From NCBI GenBank assembly GCA_000320545.1, contig ADNK01000773.1, positions 41,369 through 105,368 on the forward strand: 64,000 nt of DNA. The letters run 5' to 3'. This DNA comes from Bigelowiella natans CCMP2755 (taxonomy: Eukaryota > Protista > Cercozoa). This document shows positions 12,639 to 25,300 of the stretch, in pieces. Within the stretch, counting starts at the first letter, position 1; every line of letters starts with the position of its first letter. Below the pieces are notes generated by a model. The model was not told the origin of the DNA. It did not search any database and worked only from the letters and a program-made list of their open reading frames with translations. A program made the translations under genes and the position numbers.

Positions 12639-14459
12639 ATGAATTCTCGACAACACTTGAATAATTTTGAAAGCAGGGTCGACGTCACGAGTGCTTGTGT
12701 TTTTTAGGAGTAGCCGTAAATGCCTGTTTATCCTTGTCGCAGGATAAAAATACCTTGTATCTTAATTCAGAATCTCTTCCTGCACGTCAGCATCACGCAT
12801 CTGGTGGGGGGTGGGCGGGGAGGAACGGAGGGCTGAAGATACTCGTTTCATGAGACTCATTATGCTATTATTGACATGTTGTTTAATAGATACGGTGTCA
12901 TATCAGGTCGTGCCGGGTTATCCGTGATGGGACAGGACTCATCTTCGATGCTGCCAATGTAAACGCTTTATTTATGCTAAACGCGATGGCATGCTTTAAT
13001 GGCTGGATCGGATTAACACTAGCTTTTGCACAAAAATTGTCCATTGTCCTAATCGCAATGCCTGTCATAATGATTAACAGATGGCTGGACTCAGACGGAG
13101 GCCTAAAGCCAGAGACAACAGAAAAAATCCAGGAGGTATGCCATTGAGAACTCTGTTTTAATTGGTGAAGGTGAATCTGAGGAGTGTCTTGGCCATAATT
13201 TTCCAAAGCTATCTAAATCGGAAGACTCGGTTCTTGTACAACATCCACACTGGAAAGGGTCCTTCTCTATCGACGATATGACGTTTGAGGTATTGTAATT
13301 TTTATTGCGAGCCACCTTTGAAAACAAGTAACATTTCTAAATCCAAGATGAATTAGGTCGAGTTGCAGCAGTGCTATTTTAGCACATAACACTAATATCA
13401 CTCATCGAAATTGATACTACTAAACAGGACCTGCAAGCAATCTCAATTGCTTGTCTCGAAAATGATTCGGATCTGAAGGGACTGTACGATAAGCTGGTTC
13501 CTGGCATCGTATCGCAGACAACCTTTTGGACGTCATACCTCTCGCATGTTGAGTATTTCCTCAAGATTGACCAGGAAGGGGAGGCCGGAGGGAGAGAGTC
13601 AGATGCAAACCTGGAGACCGCTGAGATAATACTGTCGGAGGACAAAGAAAAAGAAAATGATGAAAATTCGCACAGCAGCAGCAATGAAAAGAAGAACAGC
13701 AATTTGAAAGCTGGTGTTGCTACTACTACTACTGCTACTACTACTACTAGCATCACCTCCTTGGGTAGCGGCATCAGAAAAGAGGAGATCGCAAGAAGGG
13801 AAAGCTCCGTCACTTCTTCTTCGGGTTCCTTGCCTTCGGGTGATAAATTGCAGTTAGGTGTGACTGCAGCAGCCAATGTTCTTGGTGATGCAAAACTGGC
13901 TGCTACTACAACTGCATCAACTAATCATAAGCTTGGATCGGCGACAGCCCCAGCTGTTCCTACTAGTGGTGGTGCTGTGAATATGGACTCGATGGTGGAC
14001 AGGATGATTGCTGATAGGTATTAAAGGCGAAATAGTTAGATATACCTTCGAAGAAGAGAAAAAAGCATTATCCAGGCCTACGCCGCAAAGTGTGTGTGCT
14101 TATGAATTGAGACTTTGCAATCTTTAGGTTGGAGAGGAAAGCGTTAGAAGGAGCGGAGAAAGTTAAGCGGAAATGGAGGACGAACGATATACCAGCAAAA
14201 TACATTAGATCAGAGACAGTAACCCAGACGATTGTCTATTGCCCAGGTAACATTTTTCACTGCACTGTAAGATACTGCTCTTTTTCTTTGACTAAGCAGA
14301 GAATGAGTATTTTCTTCTCACACTTTGTTCTCTCTTCTGCGTGATAGTGAGAGCTACGTCTGGTTGGATATGCGTGTGGCGCGCTGGTGTTCATGTACGT
14401 GTCGCCCCAGACATAGAAGGTATGTATATATGTAGTGTGATTATTCATTGTTGGTGCTA

Positions 14460-14505
<46 letters not shown>

Positions 14506-15776
14506 CCATACATATGTGCTGCATCGGTTTGTAGCTCCGACCGTGGCATCGATACCGTACGGGGAGGCCATTGCTGCAATCCAAGAGTACTTACAATAAC
14601 AAAGACACTGAAAATGAAGGAGATTAAGACATTCCAATATTTGGTGAAGAGATACTCTCGAAACAGAACTTTGAGATTGCTGTTCGGAACAGAAAATAGC
14701 GATGGTTTCGTCCTGCGACATGGTTATTATATGGCGTTGCCCCGGCAGAAAACCATCACTATTTTCGCGTTGGGCTCCGCAGTCCTTGCCACTTCCCCCT
14801 TTCTTTCTTTCACCCTTCCTTCCTTCCTTCCTTCCTTCCCCCCAATGGCGTACTTCATACGAATCCATTCTCATTCACTGTATCTCAAAAAGGCATGGAT
14901 CTTGGGTACAACATAGACTCGGCTGGTCGTGCACAAGGATAGGTAATACTTTCGGCTGGTTCTCAACAATCTTGAGACTTTCTTTGGGATGCTATGACGA
15001 ATTATTACCCACTCTAGGAAATTTCACGCTATTGGATGAGATCCCGGAGGTCTCCACTCCATACGGTAATTGATATGATACGATGCATGTTCGACTATTC
15101 TCTATTGGGCGACTGCATGTGCGATGTGCGTCAGTGAATGTGTGTGTGTGTGTGTGCCCGCTCATACACCCGTAATCATATTCTCCACTGCTGGTACTTC
15201 TTCACACACAACTTGTACAATTCTAAGGGCCAGGCTTCCTCTGCCATAACGAAAGCACTGGAATATCAAAAGTCCTCCTTGGAGCGTTCGGGGCCGAATG
15301 CTATATCCGGCAGAATTACGTATTGCCAACTACACCAAAAACTTGGAGATGATACATCCTCCCTGACCCACGCCAAACGCTTTCTCAGGTCAAGTTACGA
15401 TCTAAGCCAGTGGAAAAAACTATTCCAAATGGGACTCTTCCTACCAACGCCCATGATATCTCCAAATTGATGCATAATGCAAAGGCAGACGGTACCGCGA
15501 GACAGTTCTTGGTGAGCTACACAGCATTATTTAGCCATTAGTGTTTGTTCGTAATTCTCAATCAATACCCTTCTCTTCCTAGAGCGATGAAGATGAGGAA
15601 GAAGATATGCCACACACTGGTTTAGTCATCGGACTGTTGCAGGTGAATTTCTATCTCATCAGTGAGCCGTCATATAAATGATAAACACTTTCATTTTATA
15701 TTTGTGCGAAGACTGTCGGGGTTATGGATGGAGACTACGGAGAAGAGGATGAAGATGAGGGTGAAAGTTATGAGTA
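12639..15776 (+). CDS. BSD-domain protein (SYAP1/BSDC1-like N-terminal part) with unknown C-terminal region
   Basis: Phase-consistent exons give ...KIQE|LSKSEDSVL...FE|DLQAISIACLENDSDLKGLYDKLVPGIVSQTTFWTSYLSHV (13428-13550), containing the BSD LVP...FW..Y signature. Acidic last exon ends GESYE-TAG at 15776. Alternative start MGQDSS at 12927. Confidence 0.7.
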
Positions 15777-17081
15777 GAATAGTAGCAAAGGGATTATTCT
15801 CGAATTAGAATCGGCATGATGGACTGCATGGTGTAGCATCATCGAGGATAGATCCAAAATATTACGTATTATCGTTCACGTTTGCTTCTTTTTCGAGCTC
15901 GACAGTACTGCACAAGCCTAGACGCACGCAAGTACGATACATACTTGAAACATATGGTACAATTCGTACGCGAACCACAGCGTTTGCACACAACTGCTAA
16001 GCACACGCATGCACATTATCATCATGCTATGCAAGCGTTAGCATGCTTGGACAACAATCTTACATTAAAAAGTGAGGCGAGTAGGCTGCAATAATGCCAA
16101 ACATTCTTTGCGCCTGTGCTGACAGTGAGAGCTATACATGTGTGCGTACGTGCATGATCGAATCTACGTATATACGTACTATAGCACATGTATAAACGTA
16201 ACATGTGTCTATTATATGTGCATGACTTAGCATATCTAGATATGCTAGCTAGCTAGGCTCATTTGACAAATAAAATCTGGCATATTCGCTGTAGCAAATA
16301 GAGAGTAGCGTAGAGAGGTCCGAGCCAGCACTGCGGTACAAGTTCGTACACTTGGTGACCGACTGGTGGATTGAGTCAATCTAGCAATGCCTAGCTAATC
16401 TTTGTATAAATGTCATTTTCTACGCTATGTGATGTGCGGTATGCATGATTTTTTTAATATAGTTTGCGAAGCTTGACAGATTGAAGCACACTAAATGTAA
16501 ACACACGGTGTAGATCATTTGCTTTCTTGCCCATTGCACACCACACATCAACGCTGCTTGAGTAATCAGCTCGTCACGTACTGCCACGCACAGTGATGCG
16601 CGACGACGAAACGAAACGATTGACTAAGCTTGCGATGAGAAGGAAACACGCACTGCTGCGCGAAATGCGCGCCATTCAAGACCGAAACAACATGCATTTG
16701 ATATTGCATGAAACACATCATACACGGAGACCAACAGATTCAACATTAGCGCTGTAGCCGCATATGAGGATGACCATTGAGCAAATCCAATTTGATTCAT
16801 TATATCCGTCTTACAGTGTAGCTATATGGCGATTGTGCTACTGTCATACATATATGCACACATGTGCACACAACATATATGCATTGTGTCTAGTATACAA
16901 TTCTAGCAGACAACCGCACTGCACCGCACGATGTGAAAGGAGAATGTAGTTGATGCTGCCCAGCCACTCTCTTGCTGATTTCCGTGTGCTTATACACACA
17001 CACAGATACACACATCCACCCACACACACACACACACACACATATATTTACATATAATATAATGCGTCCTATGTTCCTCGT

Positions 17082-18199
17082 TCACATTGTTGGGCAATAA
17101 TTTAGGAGATTGTTACCGTACTTTACGAGCTTTGACGGCACTCGAGACCACCCAACTGCCGTCGACGACGAGTTGACCTCGTCATCCAGAGCATCGATTT
17201 GCGGAATCCAATTGAGCAGCACATTGACAGTGTGCCCCCCAGGCGTATACTGTCGGCGTTTATCCGGATCACGTATTTGGTTCTTTTCTGACCGAAAATC
17301 GTCAACTATTCCCACAAAGGGACAAGCATCAAGGGATTCAAGGTAGTCAACATCTTCCGAATCATCAGTGCATTTCATGAAGACGATTGGAGTTTCCTCT
17401 GCACGTCGCCCTGCTCGAGTATCAACTAATTCTCGAAATTCGGTGAGAGAACGGTCGTTAGGAGTGCCATCTGTTGCTATTACGATAACCTTTTTTGACC
17501 CTTCTTTGTGATCAACAAGAACTTCCTTCAGTCGCGTGTAAAGGGGCGTCGATCCATTGGGATCATCATTGAAGTATCTTCGCACTTTGGTATGATGAGC
17601 ACATTTCGTGCATGAGGACGATTAAGTCCAATAAGGTCGACACCGTTCTCGTCAAAGCACTGTGCTAATTCAACAGCAACTTCCAAATAATATTTGAGTT
17701 CGTCCCACCTCCGAATGACGGAGAGCCCTGTTTTGGCTTTGATGCGCCTTGCTTCTTTCTTTGGGATCGAATGCTTCTTCAACTCCATTCCCATGGAACC
17801 ACTATCATCAATAATGAAAATTATATCGCGACCTGAAAGCTTGTGTAGATGCTCTGAGAGGTAGAAAGGAATCTCATTTTTGCGAACGAATTCCTGCAAT
17901 TTTGTTAACTTGTCGCGGGAGGTCAGGCTCTTCTCTTCAGGATTGAAATGAGGATATAGATCGAGTAGCTTCGATGGTGAAACGTCATTTTTGGTATCTT
18001 CGTCAAGAAGTTGAAGAGGGGGCGCACTAGGGAGAAGGGTAGTGCATGACGTCCCCGTTCTCATTTCCTGCCGTCTTCGCTCTCCTTTGATTTTTTTGTT
18101 GCGTGACTCTCTGCTGCCACTGGCGTCGAATGCTACATCTGCAAAGTATCTTTTCCGGCTCTTCGGTGCTTGTATCGACCCTGCCGGCAATTCCATCAT
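17082..18199 (-). pseudogene. Intronless von Willebrand factor A (VWA) domain gene split by a frameshift near 17586-17600
   Basis: ORF 17528-18304 carries IIFIIDDSGSM (MIDAS DxSxS), RWDELK and GVDLIGLNR. ORF 17082-17585 carries GSTPL, IVIATDGTP and the rest of the domain in another frame. Could be a pseudogene or an assembly indel. Confidence 0.7.
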
Positions 18200-18610
18200 G
18201 GGTTTTATCGATCTGAAACCTTGGGGGGAGAGGCAGGCTAACAAGAATCGTCGTCGAAGATTGTTCTTTGAGCATACAAGCACACACATAATATGTGTAT
18301 TCACCTAAATTTAACCAAGGGCTCTTTTCTGTTCATCCAATAATAACCCAATAATTTCACCTAAAATGGACCTGATTCTCATTCTAATTGTGGAGAGGAG
18401 GAAGCTGCTGACTAAGCCAGTCTGACCTGAGTGACTTTAGGCGAAATCAAAGGGGATTACGAGTGTGGACTTTCAGGCAATTCTCGGCCGTAGTTCTTCC
18501 GATGTATTGATCGGAGGATATCAGCAACAGAAACAACAATGATCAGTGCTGTTGCTCCAGCCCACGAGCTCGAGGCTCAAAGGGCACATAAAAATCGCGA
18601 TACGAACTAA

Positions 18611-20392
18611 ATGGACAGACTACAGCAGCTCTTAACAATCATCCATGCTTCCAAGCGTTGGCGCGATGCAGCACATTGTGAAGCTTTACCTCACGAGCAT
18701 TCCCATGATTTTAACGCGCACAACACTATTTCGGAGATTTCAAAGATGCTATATCGCAAGGGTCTTCTGTTTGTAACAAGCTTATATGATTTTATTGCCT
18801 AAACACTTACCAAAAGGTTCGTCGCGAATAAAACAGCGAAGATCCAGGAAGGTGTGTAGCGGACAGACAAGTACAGAAAGAAGACACCAAATGACACATT
18901 CTTACTCGGAATTTAATAATCTTCCCCTCAGCGCAAGAACGTCACTACGTCGAAGCTAGTATGTCCACAGTGTAGTCGTCCTTCATTCTCATCGGTAGGG
19001 GTCGAAAGTAGGATGATGAGCGAGAAGAGAACACAACGTCAGGTGCAATACTTTCAACATCTCTGTGCTTTCTTTAACTATCAGCTGCAAGCGCTCCGAG
19101 GCCACATGATGGTCATTCATGAAGGTAGGAACATTGCACTTCTATGTCTTTTGCCCTTAAGAAAGCAGAATCTGATGATTTGTGATGATGAGCAGGGCAA
19201 AGGCTCTATCAGTGCGAAGTGTGTGCACGAAAATTCTCCCAAAAAATTGCCAAAAGTAAAGATTCTTCGCAGAGATTGAAAAACAGCTATAAATATTAAT
19301 TGCTTGCTATTGTCTTTCCCGGGTCCCTCATTGCATCTTTGTAGACAATCACCTCTTATGTCACATGGGGGTACGGAACTTCTCATGCTCGTATTGCCCA
19401 AGGCGCTTTCGAACAAAGTAGTGAATCCGACACCACGATACAACAAAAAATAACAGCATTAGGAATCCGATACCACGATACAACAAAAGATAACAGCATT
19501 AGAATTTCAAACCAGGAAAGCTACAATGGTCTTTCCCATCAAGAATGTAACAACAAGTGAAATTTATCACGTAGGCATGGCGCTAACATACACATGATGC
19601 TGCACACCAATAAGAAGCCATTCGAATGTGCTATTTGTAACCACAGCTTCACAAGACTACAGGTAGTTCAACCATACGTCGTCCCAATACTTGTCATTCA
19701 TATGGTCGCTTGCCGTCTAAGATCGAAGTTTATCTTTAGGCGCTATCAAAGCACAACTTGACTCATTTTCCATCCGAAAAACCGTACAATTGCAGCGAAT
19801 GTAAGAAGCATAGTTATAGCAGCCTTGAAATTTTCAATTCATATTTTCTCTGCTTCAAGACACCTAAATTGATGACGTCGATCTCTTCTTCTTTACCCAT
19901 GCAACCAAGGTGGTACACGCTTTCAGCATTTGTACAATCTCCGGCTTCATCTTCGAATACACACGGTGATAATAATAATAATAATAATAATAATGAAGTC
20001 GCCATAAAACAGATTCTGCATCATGTGTTAAACTTTTAGTTGCAGTAGCCTCACAAAGAACAGCTTATGTTTACGTTTCTGCGTGTTAGATCTGCTGGTA
20101 CTACTCTACTTATATAAGCAAACATACTTGCGTGCATCTATGAAGGGCGAGCGTCCATATTTGTGCCCTTACTCAAGCTGTGGATTCCAGTCTTTTAGGT
20201 GGTGTGCGTATGCAGATTACACTAGTGCTGCTGATGCTGCTGCTTTGTATAGTGAAAAAGAGAGTGTGCAGGATTGTGTGTAGAGAAGGGAAACAAATGT
20301 TGTTTTAAAGTTCAGCGGGGAGTATGATGTACATGTTTAGTTTTAACTATATTGCAGTGAATAGAAATGTATCTCTTTTTCTCAATACGTGT

Positions 20393-20447
<55 letters not shown>

Positions 20448-20458
20448 CAAATGTATGC

Positions 20459-20497
<39 letters not shown>

Positions 20498-20744
20498 GTG
20501 TGTGTGTGTGTGTGTGTGTGTGCGTGCGCGTGTTTTAATTTGTTGGTTCCTTCTATTTGTGTAAATTGTATTTTTTGTACTTTTTGCATTAAAAGAGAGA
20601 GCATCCAAGCATCTGTTATTTATTCGCACGTATACAAAAAGTAAAGAAAGGTGCATTTATTATTCTTGCCATTTTGCTTGTAGAGATCCCAGTAATTTCC
20701 GTAAGCACATGGCTTCCCATGCTGCACAGGGCATGGAGTTTTGA
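18611..20744 (+). CDS. C2H2 zinc-finger protein with six tandem fingers, multi-exon; start uncertain
   Basis: Spliced fingers: CPQCSRPSFSS|LQALRGHMMVIH, CEVCARKFSQKIAK|NNHLLCH, CSYCPRRFRTK|HGANIHMMLH, CAICNHSFTRLQ|ALSKHNLTH, CSE|CGTRFQHLYNLRLHLRIH, CPYSSCGFQSFRW..DPSNFRKHMASH, with TNKKPF, SEKPY and GERPY linkers; TGA at 20742-20744. Confidence 0.85.
19423..19502 (+). repeat. 40-bp intronic tandem duplication (2 copies, 2 mismatches)
   Basis: gaatccgacaccacgatacaacaaaaaataacagcattag followed by gaatccgataccacgatacaacaaaagataacagcattag. Confidence 0.95.
20395..20532. repeat. Compound microsatellite (CT)n(AT)n(AT)n(GT)n in the last zinc-finger intron
   Basis: Directly visible. Confidence 0.95.
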
Positions 20745-21147
20745 ATTCGCGGCAAGATGGTTTAATATAGAAAGGCTAGCGAAAAAATAGGATAGCACAT
20801 CAACGGCAAATGACTCTTAACGTGGTGCAGTATGCTACAAAAAGAGACTGAAAGAAGATGATCGAATGTATCGATCATGAGCCAACAATCTTAGCTGCTT
20901 TAAGAAGGAATTATCACCAGAAAAAGGCGTCTTCAGGCAGTAATCATAATGTGGAAGCGCCACCATGATTGAAGCAAGAATGTGTGACCAAATTCAATCA
21001 GGGTGTTTTTCTTTATCATTTGTAGTAGTATTGTCGAAATTGTGCAGCAGTATTGGTATTCCAGGCTGATAAACGTGAAATAGAGGTATTTACCATAATT
21101 CATTGTGAAATTTCCATGCTGAATCTTGCAGCTTGCAGGTCTCTCGT

Positions 21148-21802
21148 AGTGCGCAGGTGGTGACTCATCCACTAGATCACCGTAACTTCTCAATGCGTGC
21201 TGATCTAAAGCTAAACGTCGCATTCGGCCGTAACACAAAAGTACAACATGCTAATTACTGTATATCGCTCTTCGTCGTGCATAAACTCAATCAGGTTATG
21301 CCTCATATACATGGCTGATATTTACGTTAATATTTAGGTGACACAAACGTATCTGCTACATATCTTGTGCATTGTGCACGTGCATTGAATCTTAGGAGGG
21401 TTGCAACCAAGGTTGGCACAGGCAAAATTTTACTCAGTCCCTGCATTTTGGAATATGATTGCCAGCTGGAACACGGGTCAATGCTGTAGCAGCTTCGTCG
21501 GCAGCAAACTACAACGGAAAAAGATAAGCACCTGAATAGCAATCTGAGTGCATCTGGAGGGCCAGCACTTTATGCGCCTGCATTTGGAGGGTGGAAATGA
21601 ACACGCCATTATTTCTGGAGAAACTGCGCTCACGGCGGATGATGCGTTCAGCAGTGTGTTGACGTACAAAGTGCAAGTAAGATGCAGCTATGGGTTCTTA
21701 GGTGTATATGGCGCAATACACAACCTGAGCTATAAGCTAGACGAGGTTCAGACAAATGCTGCGCTGTTCATGGACGGTGGTAGGCATGGAAGTTGGAAGT
21801 AA
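21148..21802 (+). other. Possible small unannotated or degraded multi-exon gene
   Basis: Exon-like block cag|GTCTCTCG...CACAAAA|gtac (~21148-21240) and ORF 21548-21802 of ordinary protein composition. No recognisable domain and no complete gene model. Confidence 0.25.
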
Positions 21803-22340
21803 CGCAATAATAACGAATATGCCCGCCAAAGAGATGAATGGCACATACACACAATTGTCACGCGTGTCACAAATCCCAAGTCATCAACTCTTATAAAAAA
21901 TAAGACATGCGCGTCTAGCCGACGTCTTCCGCGTAGCCTCTGCACCAGCGCTGCTGCCTGCTATGCTGCAATATCGTACATACTGTACGTCCAAAACCCA
22001 CGCTGTTTAAGCCGACAACTAGGACCACTATGCAAAAATGATGCTGTCTTCTAGCCCTTATTACATCCTACATTTCGTATGATACTTAGAAAATTTTACA
22101 GAGGCATGCCAACGAGTTTTAATGGAACACAATGTCATTATATCCATAATTGCATCGTGTATGCACGCAAACAGCGACTCACTGCGGTACAAAGTCAATG
22201 TTATGGCTACAAACAGATCGATCAACGTGTGCCGTGCAGTGCTCAGTAATAACTCGTTTTCATGTACTCTTACGTTTTCGTTAATTGTAGTGCATTGTCA
22301 CAGTTAATGAATGACTGTTTCAGTATACGGGTGTAGATTT

Positions 22341-25300
22341 CTAATCAGACTCGAAAATGTTGATGTTCAGTTTCTTCACGACTCCTGAGACAGCGGCTCC
22401 AATCTTTCCGCGCCTTCTTTGAGAGAGAATGGGGTGCATCTTATCCAACTGTAATAAAGATACCAAAGCGACTCAGTCAGTTTATGCTGAAGGAGGTGAA
22501 CAAGATTGACAGAAGCTAACCTGCCGCTTGCACTCAATTGCTTCATGTTCATTTGGTAGCTTAAATTGCTTCGGTTTTTGCTCTTTGGACTATGGGTGGA
22601 ATAGGAATAAAAAGAGGGATAATAATTGGATATTTAGAGGATAAACTTAACATTTTTTATCATGGTCAAGGAAATATAGATATTAGTGAATGTGTGTATG
22701 TGTGCGTGCGTGTGTGTGTGTGTGTGTGTGTGTGGCGTCTATCCCACTCATATACCTGTATCACAATGGTATTTGCAATGTGCTCGAAGCCCTTCACGTC
22801 CTCCCTATAGATGATGATCATAATTATGAATAATTATTGTTATTAATAATAATAATGACGAGTGCTTGTGGGTAGGCCAAGATATTAGAAATATATATTA
22901 GAAATAGAGGCTCAAGATGATATGAGGTATCGTTTTTACCACAACAGCTTGAACACGGCTGGGGGTGGTTTCCGATATCTTGAGAAGCTGGTTGGATGAT
23001 GCTTCGAGGACAGCATGAGAATACGGAGGTTGCTGATGATTAGATTGCCGTTTAGAGAACAGAACATCCTGAGGTAGGTCTCTCCCTTCTTCTCTTCTTT
23101 GGACAAGCTCAAGTCCTGGATCTCGTGCAACCGTAGCTGAGCTGCCATCATTGCGTCTAGGGGATTGTATGGCCTCAGAACCCTGTCTTGACCGATGTAA
23201 CGTGGGTACCGCGCTCGATCATTCTCAAACGTCGTATCACAACACGTCGCTGTGTTTCCAATGCCCTGTAAGAGCTTCGAAGCTGCTTGTATCGAGCCTG
23301 CAGCAGGTTTGAGGCCGACACCCACCACCCCTGTACCGATTCCTCTGAGAAGCCCCTTCCATCCTTGGAGTCTATATCCATGGTAGGGGTCCAAGACGAT
23401 ACCAGTGACTCCCCTGAATACTCCCATCGCAACACTCTTGCCTCCCTCGATCACTCCCTCTCCAATGTGCCTTGGCGGCCTTCTAGCATTCATTCGCGAC
23501 TGCCTTTGGAATTCCTCGTCCATGCCGAGAACAGCAATGCCCTCTGCGAGCTTTCCCGTCACCTTGGAAGCAGCCCCGAAGACCCCTGTGACTGTGTGCT
23601 TGAGCAGGCTGGTAGTTCCTCTTGCTAACCCTCTTCCGAAGTCCTGGGGGCTCGACACGAGGCCTTTCGCTGGTTCGTAGAAGAAATCGAAGACCCCAGA
23701 GCCAAGGTTGTTGACAAGCTGGACTGGATTCCCGAGTATCTCCAGGGATCCGAGCACTTTGTATGCTTCTCTTAGTACCTGGCTTAGGTAGTGCTTCTTT
23801 ATCGGGACGAGCAGCGTTGATGTGTTTCCATACGCGTCTTCAATCGTAAGAGATTTCAGTCTAATGGGAGCTTCATCGATGTCAATGGCAGTACCCGCAG
23901 CATTCTTAAGCCATTTGAGAGGGTTGAAAACAGCACCACCTTCGCTCATATACTGATTCCTCACCTCAGAGCTGAGCTCCAAAGAGATGTCAACAGCTAT
24001 CGGATGGAGTTGCAGGAAGGAGAAGAACATCTTGCTTGCGCTTGAGGCAGGTAAGGGGTATAACTTATCGACCATTTGTGTGACGAAATCAGAGCCATCA
24101 TCATCATCGTTCTGCAACCCTAGGAGGTCTGCCTCCTCGGCGCAGAATTCGTCCGCGTATGATAACATTCGAAGCATTATTCTCTCTTCAATTGACAGCT
24201 TGAGCTTCTGCATGAGGAAGCTAGCATATTGATATATGCTCACAGGTACCCCGGTGATGGTTTTGCTCTGGTGCATGCTAAGTTGGAGGAAAGGCTTCTT
24301 CTCCGAGGGGGGCATTGGCTCCGGGGCGAGGACAATCGGAAATTGCGCGTTGCTCAAACAATTATCGAGCTGTGTGTGGAAAATGGAGGCTTCCATCGTC
24401 GTCTGAACAGGTGTATCTTCGTACGCGAGAACCATGCCTCTGATTTGAAAGAAGAAGATCTCCTCAGGAGTCGAGTCAATCATTGAAACACCAAACTCAG
24501 GTAAGGAGACGGTAGCGACTGTTTGTGCCCTTTCCTCGGGAGGGGGGGCGGGTCTGCTGGTCAACGACAGCCAAAGTTGCCCGCCGCTCAGACTGTGAAC
24601 TAGTACGTTTGCGTTTTCATCAGGTACAACCATTTTTTCCCAGTACATCATGTGCTGCTCATCTCGGCCTCGCTTTTCCTCGTGAAGCTGTTTTTCGTCC
24701 TCTTCCATAGCAATGGTGGAGCCGAACTCACCGGCCCCTTGATCACGTAGCTCTGCTGCCCTATCCTCGAATGCTTTTGGCTCAGCGATGGGAGCTTGGG
24801 CAAGGTCTAATCTCGAGTAACCAATATGCACCCATGACTTAAGCTTCTGGGCTGCTGTTGCCACCCTATACGTGCCCCCCCCCCCTTTACCGTGATTGAT
24901 ATTATGTGCATAGCAATCTAAACGGATGTAGGATCCGTTGACCTCATCCTCGTCGACATAGAATTCGAACGGTTCATCGTAGTCTACGCCCCTGACCGAT
25001 GGCACGCTAGGGTCGGGGTCATGAAGAACACACATCCGCTTGTGCGTGCCGTGGGTAACTACGAGAATCACTCGGAACTCATCCTCCTTGGCTGGAGGTT
25101 CATCATCAGCAAACCTAACTACTGTTCCTGTCGGCAATTGGCCCTCGAACATGTTGAGCTTCGCATCGCCTATCTTCAATGTAAACTGCACTTGTTTGAC
25201 AGGCGCCTGGGCTTGTGACCTTTGATGGCGACTCACATCTTCCAAGCCCTGCTGCCTTCTCTCTTGCCTCAGCTGAGAGATGTGCTTTCGAAGAACTTTT

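Noticed and set aside
14614-15073. TLDc-like wording (LRLLFGTENSDGF, GNTFGWFS) in the BSD gene, plus an MGQDSS start
   Set aside because: Plausible splice sites break up the resemblance and the C-terminal TLDc motifs were not found; needs a transcript and an HMM search.
17585-17602. 18-nt GT...AG stretch resembling a nucleomorph-type tiny intron at the VWA frameshift
   Set aside because: Removing 18 nt preserves the wrong frame, and all other introns in the window are much longer.
19423-19502. Direct repeats as a possible CRISPR array or transposon ends
   Set aside because: Only two adjacent copies with no spacer, inside a eukaryotic intron; no cas or transposase genes in the window.
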